41,140 nucleotides of DNA from Rhodoferax sp. (lineage in GTDB: Bacteria > Pseudomonadota > Gammaproteobacteria > Burkholderiales > Burkholderiaceae_C), in the NCBI GenBank assembly GCA_029865675.1, contig JARXAU010000056.1:1-41140 (forward strand), in the 5' to 3' direction. The notes beneath the pieces were generated by a model. It did no database searches. It was given only the letters and a program-made list of their open reading frames with translations, and had not been told where the DNA came from. Shown one piece after another: positions 1 to 8,641 of this stretch. The translations under genes were made by a program, and so were the position numbers. The stretch's first letter is position 1. The number at the start of each line of letters is the position of its first letter.

Positions 1-1130
1 AACACGCGGATGGTGGGCCGTGAGCCCGCGTCTGCGCCAGCAGAGATGGCACCAGCGACGGTGAACTTGGTCAGGCTACGCACATCACCGCCTTGAGGCG
101 TGACGCGGTCGTTGCTCAATTCCAGCAGCAGGCGCAGCGGCCCTTTGATGCGGGTGTCGCTGCGCAAGCCAATACCTACCCAGGTGGATTTGGCGTTGGT
201 CGTGGCGTTTATGTCGGTCTGGTCGCGCCACTGGGCCAAGCCCTCAAGTGTGGTGTTCCAGCGGCTCAAAGGCACGGTTTGTTGCACGAATGCGCGCACG
301 TTTTCGTAGTTCAGCGGCGCGGTTGCAAAGTCGGGCGGGCTGCCCTCGTAGGCCGCTACCGAGCGGTCTTTGCGCACGCCTAGCAGCGTGTCGCCGCCCA
401 GCACCAAGCCCTTGAAGTTTTGGTACAGGCCCAAGGAGTGGCCATCCGGCTCGTCTTTACGGGCGGTTTCAGACCGCGTCGGGCCAGTCGTAATGGCGTT
501 AGACGCCGAGGTTTTGTAATGCGTCAGGTAAACCGACATCTCACCGTTCTCAAAGGTGGGAATGTTGGTGACGCGCAGGGGCAGGGCCACGCGGTTGCTG
601 TTGACCGCCGTGCGTGGATTGCTGATGAAGGCCACACTGAGCTTGCCGTACGCACCCAAGGGAATGTCCTCAATGCCAGCGCCGTCGCCGTCGTTGGTTT
701 CGACGTCTTGGTCGGTGAGGTTGAGGTTCAGGCCGTTATAGAAGCGCCGCCCGGCCCAGACCTTGCCGCCGCCGAGTTCAGCCACGGGTGCGGCATAGGC
801 ATACATCTCCACAAAGCTCGCGTTGAGCTCGTCGTTGTTGGCGTCGCCGTATTCATGAAACGCGCGCGGAGTTACTTGCACGCCCCATTGCGCCCCTTCA
901 TATTCGCCCGCTTTCACCTTCAGGGTGGGCTGAATCAGGTAGCTGCATTCGTTGCCCAGGCGCCAGGCCTTGTCGGCGCCGGGCAAGCGAAAGCAGACCT
1001 GCTGGCCGCCTTGCGAGTTGGTGCCCGTGCCCAGGCGGGCGTAGCCGCTAAAGTCAACTTCGGCGGCTCCGACGGCTCCAAGTTGCAGGCAGCCCATCAT
1101 CAGGGCAAGCCGGGTTTTGCGTTTCATCAT
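1..1130 (-). CDS. lamB: LamB/maltoporin-family carbohydrate porin (3' end runs off the window)
   Basis: Hand translation from ATG 1130 (RBS AGGAG at 1136-1140) is open to base 1. Signal peptide MMKRKTRLALMMGCLQLGAVGA is followed by AEVDFSGYARLG..GGQQVCF..WRLGNEC..KVWAGRRFY..GAGIEDI..GKLSVA..SRPTIRV. This matches E. coli LamB VDFHGYARSG..QQCF..YRLGNEC..WAGKRFY..GAGLENI..SRPAIRVF. Confidence 0.92.
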   Translation of the reverse strand, partial: MMKRKTRLALMMGCLQLGAVGAAEVDFSGYARLGTGTNSQGGQQVCFRLPGADKAWRLGNECSYLIQPTLKVKAGEYEGAQWGVQVTPRAFHEYGDANNDELNASFVEMYAYAAPVAELGGGKVWAGRRFYNGLNLNLTDQDVETNDGDGAGIEDIPLGAYGKLSVAFISNPRTAVNSNRVALPLRVTNIPTFENGEMSVYLTHYKTSASNAITTGPTRSETARKDEPDGHSLGLYQNFKGLVLGGDTLLGVRKDRSVAAYEGSPPDFATAPLNYENVRAFVQQTVPLSRWNTTLEGLAQWRDQTDINATTNAKSTWVGIGLRSDTRIKGPLRLLLELSNDRVTPQGGDVRSLTKFTVAGAISAGADAGSRPTIRV

Positions 1131-1169
1131 GTCATCTCCTTTTGTGGTGGGTGAAAGGGTGCTTTTTGG

Positions 1170-2255
1170 TCAAGCGTGGGCGGCTTGCAGCGCCAAGCGC
1201 GCTCCGGTGCTTGAGAAAAAATGGGTTTTTTGCGGGTCAGGAATCAGGCCGACCACGCTGCCGCGTTCGCAGCGCGGCATTGCCGGGCTGGTGCGCAAGG
1301 AAACGGCGGTGTCGGTACCCAGCAGCTTGGTGTGTACGAGCACGGTGTCGCCCAGGTGTTCCACCAGTTCAACTTGCGCCTTGAAGCCTTGGTCTGCGGT
1401 CCCGATCGATAGGTCCTCAGGTCGCACGCCGGCCACGCAGGGTTCTGTCACAAGATAAGGCGCAGTCCAGGTGCTGTCACCGCTGCGAAGCAGGGCCGAG
1501 GGTGCCGTGCCCAGCGGTGTGCAGGGCACAAAGTTCATGCGCGGTGCGCCGAGAAAACCGGCGACAAACTGGTTTAGCGGGCGTTCATACAGTTCCAAGG
1601 GACTGCCGACTTGCTCTACCACGCCCCGGTTGAACACCGCAATGCGGTCGCCCAGCGTCATGGCTTCAACCTGGTCGTGTGTGACGTACACCATGGTGGT
1701 GCCCAGCTCTTGGTGCAGTTTGGACAGCTCGATGCGCATTTGTACGCGCAAGCCCGCGTCCAGGTTAGACAATGGCTCGTCAAACAAAAACACCTTGGGG
1801 CTGCGCACAATGGCGCGGCCAATGGCCACCCGCTGGCGCTGCCCGCCCGACAAGGCTTTGGGCTTGCGGTCAAGCAAAGGGGTGAGCTGCAAAATCTCTG
1901 CCACATCACCCACTGCCTTGGCCACCTGGGCGCGCGGCATGCCAGCGAGTTTGAGCGCAAAGCCCATGTTTTCGGCTACCGTCATGTGCGGGTACAGCGC
2001 GTAGCTTTGGAACACCATAGAGATGCCGCGCTGTGACGAAGGGACGTGGTTGACCACCACGCCGTCGATCAATAGCTCGCCTGCGCTAATGTCCTCTAAG
2101 CCCGCAATCATGCGCAGCAAAGTGGACTTGCCGCAGCCCGAAGGCCCGACGAATACAGCAAACTCTCCGTCGGCGATGTCGAGGTCAATACCCCGCAAAA
2201 CTTCTGCGCCATCGGCGTAGGTTTTGCGAAGACTGCGAATGCTTAGAGCTGCCAT
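1170..2255 (-). CDS. Sugar ABC transporter ATP-binding protein (MalK/MsmK/UgpC family)
   Basis: Walker A GPSGCGKS, MVFQSYALYPHM, signature LSGGQRQRVAIGR, Walker B FLFDEPLSNLD and a C-terminal regulatory (TOBE-like) domain. Start set at MAALSIRS (2255), with GAGG upstream. Confidence 0.95.
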   Translation of the reverse strand: MAALSIRSLRKTYADGAEVLRGIDLDIADGEFAVFVGPSGCGKSTLLRMIAGLEDISAGELLIDGVVVNHVPSSQRGISMVFQSYALYPHMTVAENMGFALKLAGMPRAQVAKAVGDVAEILQLTPLLDRKPKALSGGQRQRVAIGRAIVRSPKVFLFDEPLSNLDAGLRVQMRIELSKLHQELGTTMVYVTHDQVEAMTLGDRIAVFNRGVVEQVGSPLELYERPLNQFVAGFLGAPRMNFVPCTPLGTAPSALLRSGDSTWTAPYLVTEPCVAGVRPEDLSIGTADQGFKAQVELVEHLGDTVLVHTKLLGTDTAVSLRTSPAMPRCERGSVVGLIPDPQKTHFFSSTGARLALQAAHA

Positions 2256-3643
2256 AGCTGCGCTTCCTCTTCGGTGGTTTGCGTAGCCATTGCACGCGCG
2301 GTACGGATAAGGTCCCGGTACCAATAAGCGGAGTCTTTGGGGGTGCGCAGCTGCGTTTCGTAGTCCACATGCACCAGCCCAAAGCGCTTGGTGTAGCCCG
2401 AATCCCACTCGTAGTTATCCAGCAAGCTCCAGTAAAAATAGCCGCGTATGTCTACACCAGCGTCGCGCGCTTGGGCTATCGCCTCAAGGTGGGTGCGAAC
2501 AAATTCGATGCGCCGGGGGTCGTGCACTTTGCCGTCTTGCAGGCGGTCGGCTTCCGCCATGCCGTTTTCGGTGATGTAAATGGGCGGCAGGCGGTAGTCG
2601 CGGTGCAGGTCAGTGAGCAGTTGACGCAGGCCGTCGGGGTAAATTTCCCAACCCATGTCAGTGGCACCCATTGGCATAGGTGCGGGCACGTTGGACGCGC
2701 TAGCCCACAAGCGCATGTAGTAGTTGACTCCCAAAAAGTCCATTGGGGCGCGAATCAGCTCCATGTCGCCCGTGCGCACATCGGGGTAAATCGTCAGGCC
2801 TGGGTCTTGCGGGTAATGCCCCAAGAACAGCGGGTCCATGTACCAGCGCACAAAGCCTGCATACAACTTACTCGCAAGGGCGACATCCGCTGGGTCTTTG
2901 CTGGCCGGACTGGCCGAGGAGTGATTCAGGACAATCCCCAGCGGTGCCTGCACGCCGGCTGCGCGCATGGCTTGCATGGCTAGCCCGTGGGATAGCAGCA
3001 AATGGTGGGACACCTGCACGGCCATGGCCTCGTCGCGAAAACCCGGTGCAAACTGGCCCGTTTGGTGGCCTAGCACTGCGGTGCACCAGGGTTCGTTGTG
3101 GGTGGCGATGCTGGCTACGCGGTCCCCCAGGCGTCGGGCCACCGCCTCAGCGTAAGTGGCAAAGCGAAAGGCGGTGTCGCGGTTGGCCCACCCGCCCGTT
3201 TCTTGCAGCGCCTGAGGAAGGTCCCAGTGGTACAGCGTCAGGTGGGGTTGTAGGCCCCGTGACAGCAGCCGGTCCACCAGCCGGTCATAAAAATCGAGAC
3301 CCTGCGCATTCCAAGGGCCCGCGCCAGTGGCTTGTACCCGCGGCCAGGCCACGGAAAAGCGGTAGGCGTCAACTTCAAGGCTGCGTATGAGTTCCAGGTC
3401 TTGAGGCCAGCGGTGGAAGTGGTCGCAGGCAATGTCGCCGTGGTCGCCGTTACGGGTTTTTCCGGGCGTGTGGGCAAAGGTATCCCAAATGGAAGGGCCG
3501 CGACCTCCAGCATTTGCCCCGCCCTCTATTTGATATGCGCTGGTGGCAACGCCCCAAATAAAGTTTTTGGAAAGTGTGGCCAAAGTGCCCGCGCTCGGAA
3601 GCGGTCCGTGGCGCGTTAAGGTGTCATTTAGCAGCAGGGTCAT
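2243..3643 (-). CDS. GH1 family beta-glucosidase (cytoplasmic)
   Basis: WGVATSAYQIEG, YRFSVAWPR, TLYHWDLP, acid/base HNEP, nucleophile ITENG and WSLLDNYEW. The EW motif indicates a non-phospho-glycosidase. No signal peptide. Start set at MTLLLND. Confidence 0.95.
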   Translation of the reverse strand: MTLLLNDTLTRHGPLPSAGTLATLSKNFIWGVATSAYQIEGGANAGGRGPSIWDTFAHTPGKTRNGDHGDIACDHFHRWPQDLELIRSLEVDAYRFSVAWPRVQATGAGPWNAQGLDFYDRLVDRLLSRGLQPHLTLYHWDLPQALQETGGWANRDTAFRFATYAEAVARRLGDRVASIATHNEPWCTAVLGHQTGQFAPGFRDEAMAVQVSHHLLLSHGLAMQAMRAAGVQAPLGIVLNHSSASPASKDPADVALASKLYAGFVRWYMDPLFLGHYPQDPGLTIYPDVRTGDMELIRAPMDFLGVNYYMRLWASASNVPAPMPMGATDMGWEIYPDGLRQLLTDLHRDYRLPPIYITENGMAEADRLQDGKVHDPRRIEFVRTHLEAIAQARDAGVDIRGYFYWSLLDNYEWDSGYTKRFGLVHVDYETQLRTPKDSAYWYRDLIRTARAMATQTTEEEAQLWQL

Positions 3644-3704
3644 GTCGGTTTGCTCGCGTGGGATAGGGTGTGAATAGGAAAAGTGCGTGTGCGCACACTG
3701 CGAA

Positions 3705-4616
3705 TCAGCTTTTGACGGCACCAGCGGTGAGGCCATCAATCAGGCGGCGCGACGCCATGACAAAAATCAGCAACAAGGGCAGCACGGCAACTGCCGCGCC
3801 AGCGCAAATGGCACCCCACTGCGTCTGGCCCGTGCCCTGAAGCGCGCGCAGGGCCAAGGGCACGGTGTAGCGGTCCATGTCACGCAAAATTACTAAGGGG
3901 CCCATGAAGTTGTTCCACGAACTGATAAAGGTGATCAAGCCGAGGGTCCCCAGCGCTGGCGTAATGAGCGGCCAGACAATGCGCAAGAAGATTCCAAACT
4001 CGCCGCAACCGTCCATGCGTGCGGCCTCGATCAGGTCTTTGGGCACGGCCGAGCTGATGTACTGGCGCATCATGAAAATGCCCAAGGCACCGCAGGCACT
4101 GGGGACGATGAGTGCGCGGTGCTCGTTCATCCAGCCCAGCCAGCTCATGGTCAGCACCGTGGGCACCAAGCCCACAAAGGCGGGCAGCAGCATCGTGGCC
4201 ATGACCGCACTGAACAAGCGTTCCCGACCCCGAAAATCCAAGAGCGCAAAGGCATAACCTGCCAAAGAGCAAAAAAACAGGTTGAGCGCGGTGACCGCGA
4301 GTGCCACATAGGTGCTCCAGCCCAGGTTGTTCCAAAAGTAGGGCAGGGCCTTGAGCAGCTCGCCGAGGTTGTCCAAAAAGGCAGAGCCAAACCACAGCGG
4401 CGGCGGCACCGACAAAATCGCGCTGTTGGTGTGGGTGGCAAAGACAAACATGAAGTAAAAGGGCATCAGCATCAACAAACCACCGAGCAATACCACCGCA
4501 TAGCCCAGTGCGAGCGCAGGCGAGAGGCGCTTTTTGCGTGTGGCGGCGGCCACAGGCGGGCGGCCTTGTGGCGCGGGGCCGTGGCTTGTGGCGGTGAAGT
4601 GGGTGCTGGTTGTCAT
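3705..4616 (-). CDS. Carbohydrate ABC transporter permease (MalG-like)
   Basis: About six TM segments, EAA loop DLIEAARMDGC and FISSWNNF motif. Confidence 0.93.
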   Translation of the reverse strand: MTTSTHFTATSHGPAPQGRPPVAAATRKKRLSPALALGYAVVLLGGLLMLMPFYFMFVFATHTNSAILSVPPPLWFGSAFLDNLGELLKALPYFWNNLGWSTYVALAVTALNLFFCSLAGYAFALLDFRGRERLFSAVMATMLLPAFVGLVPTVLTMSWLGWMNEHRALIVPSACGALGIFMMRQYISSAVPKDLIEAARMDGCGEFGIFLRIVWPLITPALGTLGLITFISSWNNFMGPLVILRDMDRYTVPLALRALQGTGQTQWGAICAGAAVAVLPLLLIFVMASRRLIDGLTAGAVKS

Positions 4617-4640
4617 GGTGGTGGGCTTGAGGGGTGGGGC

Positions 4641-5570
4641 CTAGTCGCGCTGGCCCAGCAGGCGTTTGTTGAGCCAGGTGGCAACGGCAATCAGCATGAA
4701 GAGCAGCCAGGCAATGGCCGAGGCCGTGCCAAAGTCGCCATCGGTAAAGGCCACGCTGTACATGTGCATCGCAGCCGTCTTGCCGGCTTGATCAATGCCG
4801 CCGGTGCCATTGGTGAGGACGAAGGGCTCTTCAAACAGTTGCAGGTTGCCAATGATGGTGAGCGTGACCGCAAAGAACGCCATGGGCTTGAGCAGCGGCA
4901 GCACGACATGGACAAACTGCTGCCAGCTGTTGGCACCGTCCATTACGGCGGCTTCCAATACGTCTTTGGGAATGGTCTGAATGGCTGACAGGTAGAGCAC
5001 CACATTCCAGCCCACGTAGCGCCAAAACACGACAAACGAAATCATCCACTTGGTGTATTGCGGCTGTGCCCAGTCGATGTTGGACACTGGCATCAAAGCG
5101 CCTAACAGCGGCGCGTCTTTGAGTGAGGCCAGCACGGCGTTGACGACACCAAAGTCCCTGGAAAACAGGGTGGAAAACACCAGCGATATGGCCACCGAGG
5201 AGGTGATAAAGGGCAAGAAATACGTGCCCACCACTGCATTGCGCCAGCGGCCAAAGGCGCTGTGCAGAAAATAGGCCAGCGGCATGGCCACCAGGTGCTG
5301 GGGCAGGCCCGACACCAATGCCATCCAAAACGTGTTGTAAAGCGAAGCACGCAACCAGTCGTCGGACTGCAGCGCGTACAGGTAGTTTTCAAACCCCACC
5401 CATTCCATGGCCGCCAGCCCGGCGGCGGGGTCCCAGCTGTGCAATGAGAGATAGACCGAGAACACCAGCGGGAACAGTCCAAAGACCCCAAACAAAATGA
5501 AAAAGGGGCTGACAAACAAGTAAGGCGCCCATTTGCGGGGCTCGCGCCATGCGGATGTGGTGGTTTTCAT
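4641..5570 (-). CDS. Carbohydrate ABC transporter permease (MalF-like)
   Basis: PYLFVSPF N-terminus, EAA loop DVLEAAVMDGA and multiple TM segments. Alternative start at 5609. Confidence 0.92.
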   Translation of the reverse strand: MKTTTSAWREPRKWAPYLFVSPFFILFGVFGLFPLVFSVYLSLHSWDPAAGLAAMEWVGFENYLYALQSDDWLRASLYNTFWMALVSGLPQHLVAMPLAYFLHSAFGRWRNAVVGTYFLPFITSSVAISLVFSTLFSRDFGVVNAVLASLKDAPLLGALMPVSNIDWAQPQYTKWMISFVVFWRYVGWNVVLYLSAIQTIPKDVLEAAVMDGANSWQQFVHVVLPLLKPMAFFAVTLTIIGNLQLFEEPFVLTNGTGGIDQAGKTAAMHMYSVAFTDGDFGTASAIAWLLFMLIAVATWLNKRLLGQRD

Positions 5571-5629
5571 GGTGTGTGGGCCCGTGTGGCTGACGCTTGT
5601 TTCTGGCATGCGGGTGGCGGTAGCGCCCG

Positions 5630-6877
5630 TTACTTGCGCCGCACCCGGCGTTCAATTCCGGACTTGGCATCTGCCAGGGCCAGCTTGATGTCCTTGCCTT
5701 GCTCAAGCACCTTGTCCAGTTCAGCGCCCACTATTTCAGCCGCCACCGGGTCGTAGCGGTCCACGGCCACGGCTGGAATGCGGTCTGCCGCAGCCTTCCA
5801 CAATTGCCGCGCTTTTTGCCCAGCCAAGAACTCAATCGGCTGGTCGATGAAGGCGTCGTTTTGGGCCTCAATCAGCGAGGGGAAGGCGTCCATGTTGCGA
5901 AACGCGGTGAGTTGCTGGTCTTTGTTGAGCGTGAGGTACTGCACAAAGGCCCAGGCCGCTTGCTTGTTGGCGGCTTTGGCGGGCACGGCGTAAAACGATC
6001 CGCCATAGGCCGCGAATGCACCTGCCGGGAGTTGTGCAGAGCGCCACTTGCCCGCCGTGTCTGGAACAATCCAGTTTTTGAGGTGGCCAGAGAGCCAAGC
6101 GCCCATCATTTGGGCAGCAATCTTGTCGCGGCGAAAGCCCTCGCTCCATTCTGTTGTCCAGGCGTTGACCTTGGCGTCAATACCTGCTTGACGGGCCTGC
6201 CGCGTCAAATCAAAGGCGCGCTCGAAGCGCTCACTGGCAACCAGGCTTTTGCCCTTGCTGTCAAAGTAAATGCCTTCGCCGTCTTTGAGTCCGGCGCGGA
6301 TGTAGATGTCCTTGATGTCGGTGGCATTGGCCAGCATGTAGGCACCAGTGCTGGCTTTGACTTTTTTGCCCGCAGCAATGAAGCCTTCCCAGCTTTGGGT
6401 CATCTCAGCCTCGGACACACCGGCTTTCTTCAGTAGGTCGGTGCGGTAAAACAAGGCGCCTGGGCCAATGTCTACGGGCAGTGCGGCCAGCGCGCCCTTG
6501 CTGCTGGTGGCAGCGGGCACCGCAAACTTGGATATCTTTGACACTTGGGTAGCAGCGTTGTACGGCGCCTTGGCCAGATCCTCCAGCCCGCCAGACTCGG
6601 CGAACTTACCGATAAAGCCCATATCGATGCCCATCACGTCAGGCAGGTTGGCCCCGGTGGCCAGCGCGGTCGTCATGGCTGTGTGGTGGTCGGGGTAGGC
6701 CATGCTGGAGAGCTTGACTTCCACATCCGGGTACAGCTTTTTAAAGCCGGGGATCGCGGCCTTGACACCGCGGTCCAGGTCTGGGAAGGAGGACACGGTG
6801 ATAGTGACTTTTTGTGCCTGGGCGGCAAAGCACAACGCCAGGATGGCAAGGCAGAACAATGATTTAAGTGGCTTCAT
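5630..6877 (-). CDS. Sugar ABC transporter periplasmic solute-binding protein (family 1)
   Basis: Sec signal MKPLKSLFCLAILALCFAAQA, RBS AAGGAG, motifs LPDVM, LFYRTDLLKKAG, GGSFYAVP and AAWAFVQYL. First gene of the transport operon. Confidence 0.92.
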   Translation of the reverse strand: MKPLKSLFCLAILALCFAAQAQKVTITVSSFPDLDRGVKAAIPGFKKLYPDVEVKLSSMAYPDHHTAMTTALATGANLPDVMGIDMGFIGKFAESGGLEDLAKAPYNAATQVSKISKFAVPAATSSKGALAALPVDIGPGALFYRTDLLKKAGVSEAEMTQSWEGFIAAGKKVKASTGAYMLANATDIKDIYIRAGLKDGEGIYFDSKGKSLVASERFERAFDLTRQARQAGIDAKVNAWTTEWSEGFRRDKIAAQMMGAWLSGHLKNWIVPDTAGKWRSAQLPAGAFAAYGGSFYAVPAKAANKQAAWAFVQYLTLNKDQQLTAFRNMDAFPSLIEAQNDAFIDQPIEFLAGQKARQLWKAAADRIPAVAVDRYDPVAAEIVGAELDKVLEQGKDIKLALADAKSGIERRVRRK

Positions 6878-6965
6878 GGGGGCTCTCCTTGCTGTGTGCG
6901 GCGGGTCGTTTTTCGGTTCTTGGGACAGCGGACGCTCTATCTTTGGAATTCCGCTGCGCATATCG

Positions 6966-6979
6966 TGAAATCGATTTCA
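6966..6979. promoter_or_regulatory. LacI-family operator O1 (TGAAATCGATTTCA)
   Basis: Perfect 14-bp palindrome with central CG, typical of LacI-family sites. It lies just downstream of a minus-strand TAAAAT -10 candidate (6984-6989) for the transport operon. Confidence 0.8.
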
Positions 6980-7388
6980 TAAAATTTTAAAGACCTTTTC
7001 GAAGTTTTTTACTGGGACAAACCCTTATTTAAATTAAATATGTAATCAAAAAAATTAAATAAAATAACTAATTCAAGGTTCAGAAATTTCGTAAAATCTT
7101 TAAAATCTTCCTCTTAGAATCCTTGTTTCTTGGCTTTTACGGTTAAGCACGTTGGGTAAATATTTAATAAATTCATTAAATTCGCAAATAAAAAATCGAA
7201 AAACGTAAATTCCTTTCTTAAATCTGCATTTGCATTCAAATTCAAGCTGAAACTGAAATATTCGTGAGCAGCCGCTGCGCCAACTTGGAGCGGGTCTTGT
7301 CAGGGGTAGCATTGAAGAGCAACTCCCGCTGGCAGTGAGGAGGCAGCGTCGCGCGACAAACCTACAATGGTGTTCGGTTTTGATGTTT

Positions 7389-7402
7389 TGGAATCGATAT
7401 CA
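7389..7402. promoter_or_regulatory. LacI-family operator O2 (TGGAATCGATATCA)
   Basis: 12/14 match to O1. It lies downstream of the TACAAT -10 candidate (7363-7368) and upstream of the LacI gene. Confidence 0.7.
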
Positions 7403-7483
7403 ATCGAAATGAAAACTTGCTAGCGCGACGCGATGCACGCGCGCCTATTCATGCATTCAATCCCCATCATTCCCCTGCCCACC

Positions 7484-8548
7484 ATGTCCACCACGCCCAT
7501 CAAACCCAACAAGCCAGAGTTCGCGCAGCCTGGACCTGCGCCGGAGGGCGTAAACGCGCCGACCCTTTTCGATGTGGCCCGACTTGCCAATGTGTCGCCC
7601 AGCACGGTGTCGCGCATCATCAATGGATCGGCCAAGGTCTCGTCTGAGCGTAAGCGCGCGGTGGAGGAGGCCATTCGACTGCTCAAGTTCCGTCCCAATT
7701 TTTCGGCCAAGAGCCTGCGCAGCGGGTCCACCATGACCATAGGCGTGCTCACGCAAGACTTTGACAGTCTGTACTTCGCGCGCGCCCTGAAGGGAATCGA
7801 AAAGGGATTGGAGGGCAGCGGCTATGCGCCCTTGGTCATCCCAGGCCATTGGAATCCGGCTGAAGAGGCCGAACGCATGCGCCTGCTCATGGCTCGCAAA
7901 GTGGACGCAATTGCCGTTTTAGGTGGCAGCTTGCGTGACAGTGAATTGGTCGAATTTGCCCGCATGCAGCCGATCGTGGTGACGGGGCGCAAGATCGAGG
8001 GCCACCAATTACGGGGCTTTCACTTTGACCATGTGCGCGGTGCGTTGATGGCCACGCAGCACTTGATCGAACGGGGCCATACCCGCATCGCCTACATTGC
8101 CGGCCCGCGCGCGCACCCGGACGCTTTGGATCGGACGGAAGGCTTCTTCCAAGCCCACCGCCAGGCGCAGCTGCCGTTTAACCCGGCCTTGATGGTGGAG
8201 GGCGACTACCAAGAGGCGGGTGGTGATGCTGCGATGGTTTCGCTTCTTGACAGCGGCATTCCGTTCACGGCCGTGTTCTGTGCCAATGACCAAACACTGT
8301 GGGGCGCACGCATGGCTCTCTACCGACTCGGTCGTGCAGTGCCGGGAGAATTTTCATTGGTGGGGTTTGACGATTTACCCCAGTCCCAGTACATGACGCC
8401 TCCTGTCACCACAGTGCACCAGCCCATTTTTGAGTTAGGCCTTGCCGCCGCCCAATCCTTGTTGCAGGCCTTGGGTGCCGAATTAGAGGCCGAGCCTGCC
8501 TTAGTCGAGCCCTACCTCGTATTGCGCGAAACCACCCGCGCGCTTTAG
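7484..8548 (+). CDS. LacI-family transcriptional regulator
   Basis: HTH PTLFDVARLANVSPSTVSRIIN, hinge FRPNFSAKSLR and effector domain TAVFCAND / SLVGFDD / TTVHQP. Divergent from the sugar operon. Start uncertain (7433-7484). Confidence 0.95.
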   Translation: MSTTPIKPNKPEFAQPGPAPEGVNAPTLFDVARLANVSPSTVSRIINGSAKVSSERKRAVEEAIRLLKFRPNFSAKSLRSGSTMTIGVLTQDFDSLYFARALKGIEKGLEGSGYAPLVIPGHWNPAEEAERMRLLMARKVDAIAVLGGSLRDSELVEFARMQPIVVTGRKIEGHQLRGFHFDHVRGALMATQHLIERGHTRIAYIAGPRAHPDALDRTEGFFQAHRQAQLPFNPALMVEGDYQEAGGDAAMVSLLDSGIPFTAVFCANDQTLWGARMALYRLGRAVPGEFSLVGFDDLPQSQYMTPPVTTVHQPIFELGLAAAQSLLQALGAELEAEPALVEPYLVLRETTRAL

Positions 8549-8641
8549 CTCGCCCACCAGGTGGGGGCTGTCAGGTCTCTGTGCGCCCAGAAAATTAACA
8601 AAAGCGCAATGATTTTGTGATCCTTTAATAAAATGAGGCCC

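Noticed and set aside
420-1154. 244-aa plus-strand ORF in the track
   Set aside because: It is the antisense shadow of the minus-strand LamB-type porin, which has clear family motifs and an RBS.
3687-3698. 12-bp palindrome GTGTGCGCACAC between the permease and GH1 genes
   Set aside because: It does not resemble the operator motif, I saw no second copy, and it has no U tract. Likely chance or a minor mRNA stem.
7100-7312. 70-aa minus-strand ORF in the AT-rich spacer
   Set aside because: Composition (F/K/I/N-rich) simply mirrors the AT-rich DNA, codon usage is unlike the other genes, and there is no family motif.
8553-8565. CCCACC-A-GGTGGG inverted repeat after lacI as a terminator
   Set aside because: The stem is short with a minimal loop and no T tract; too weak to call.
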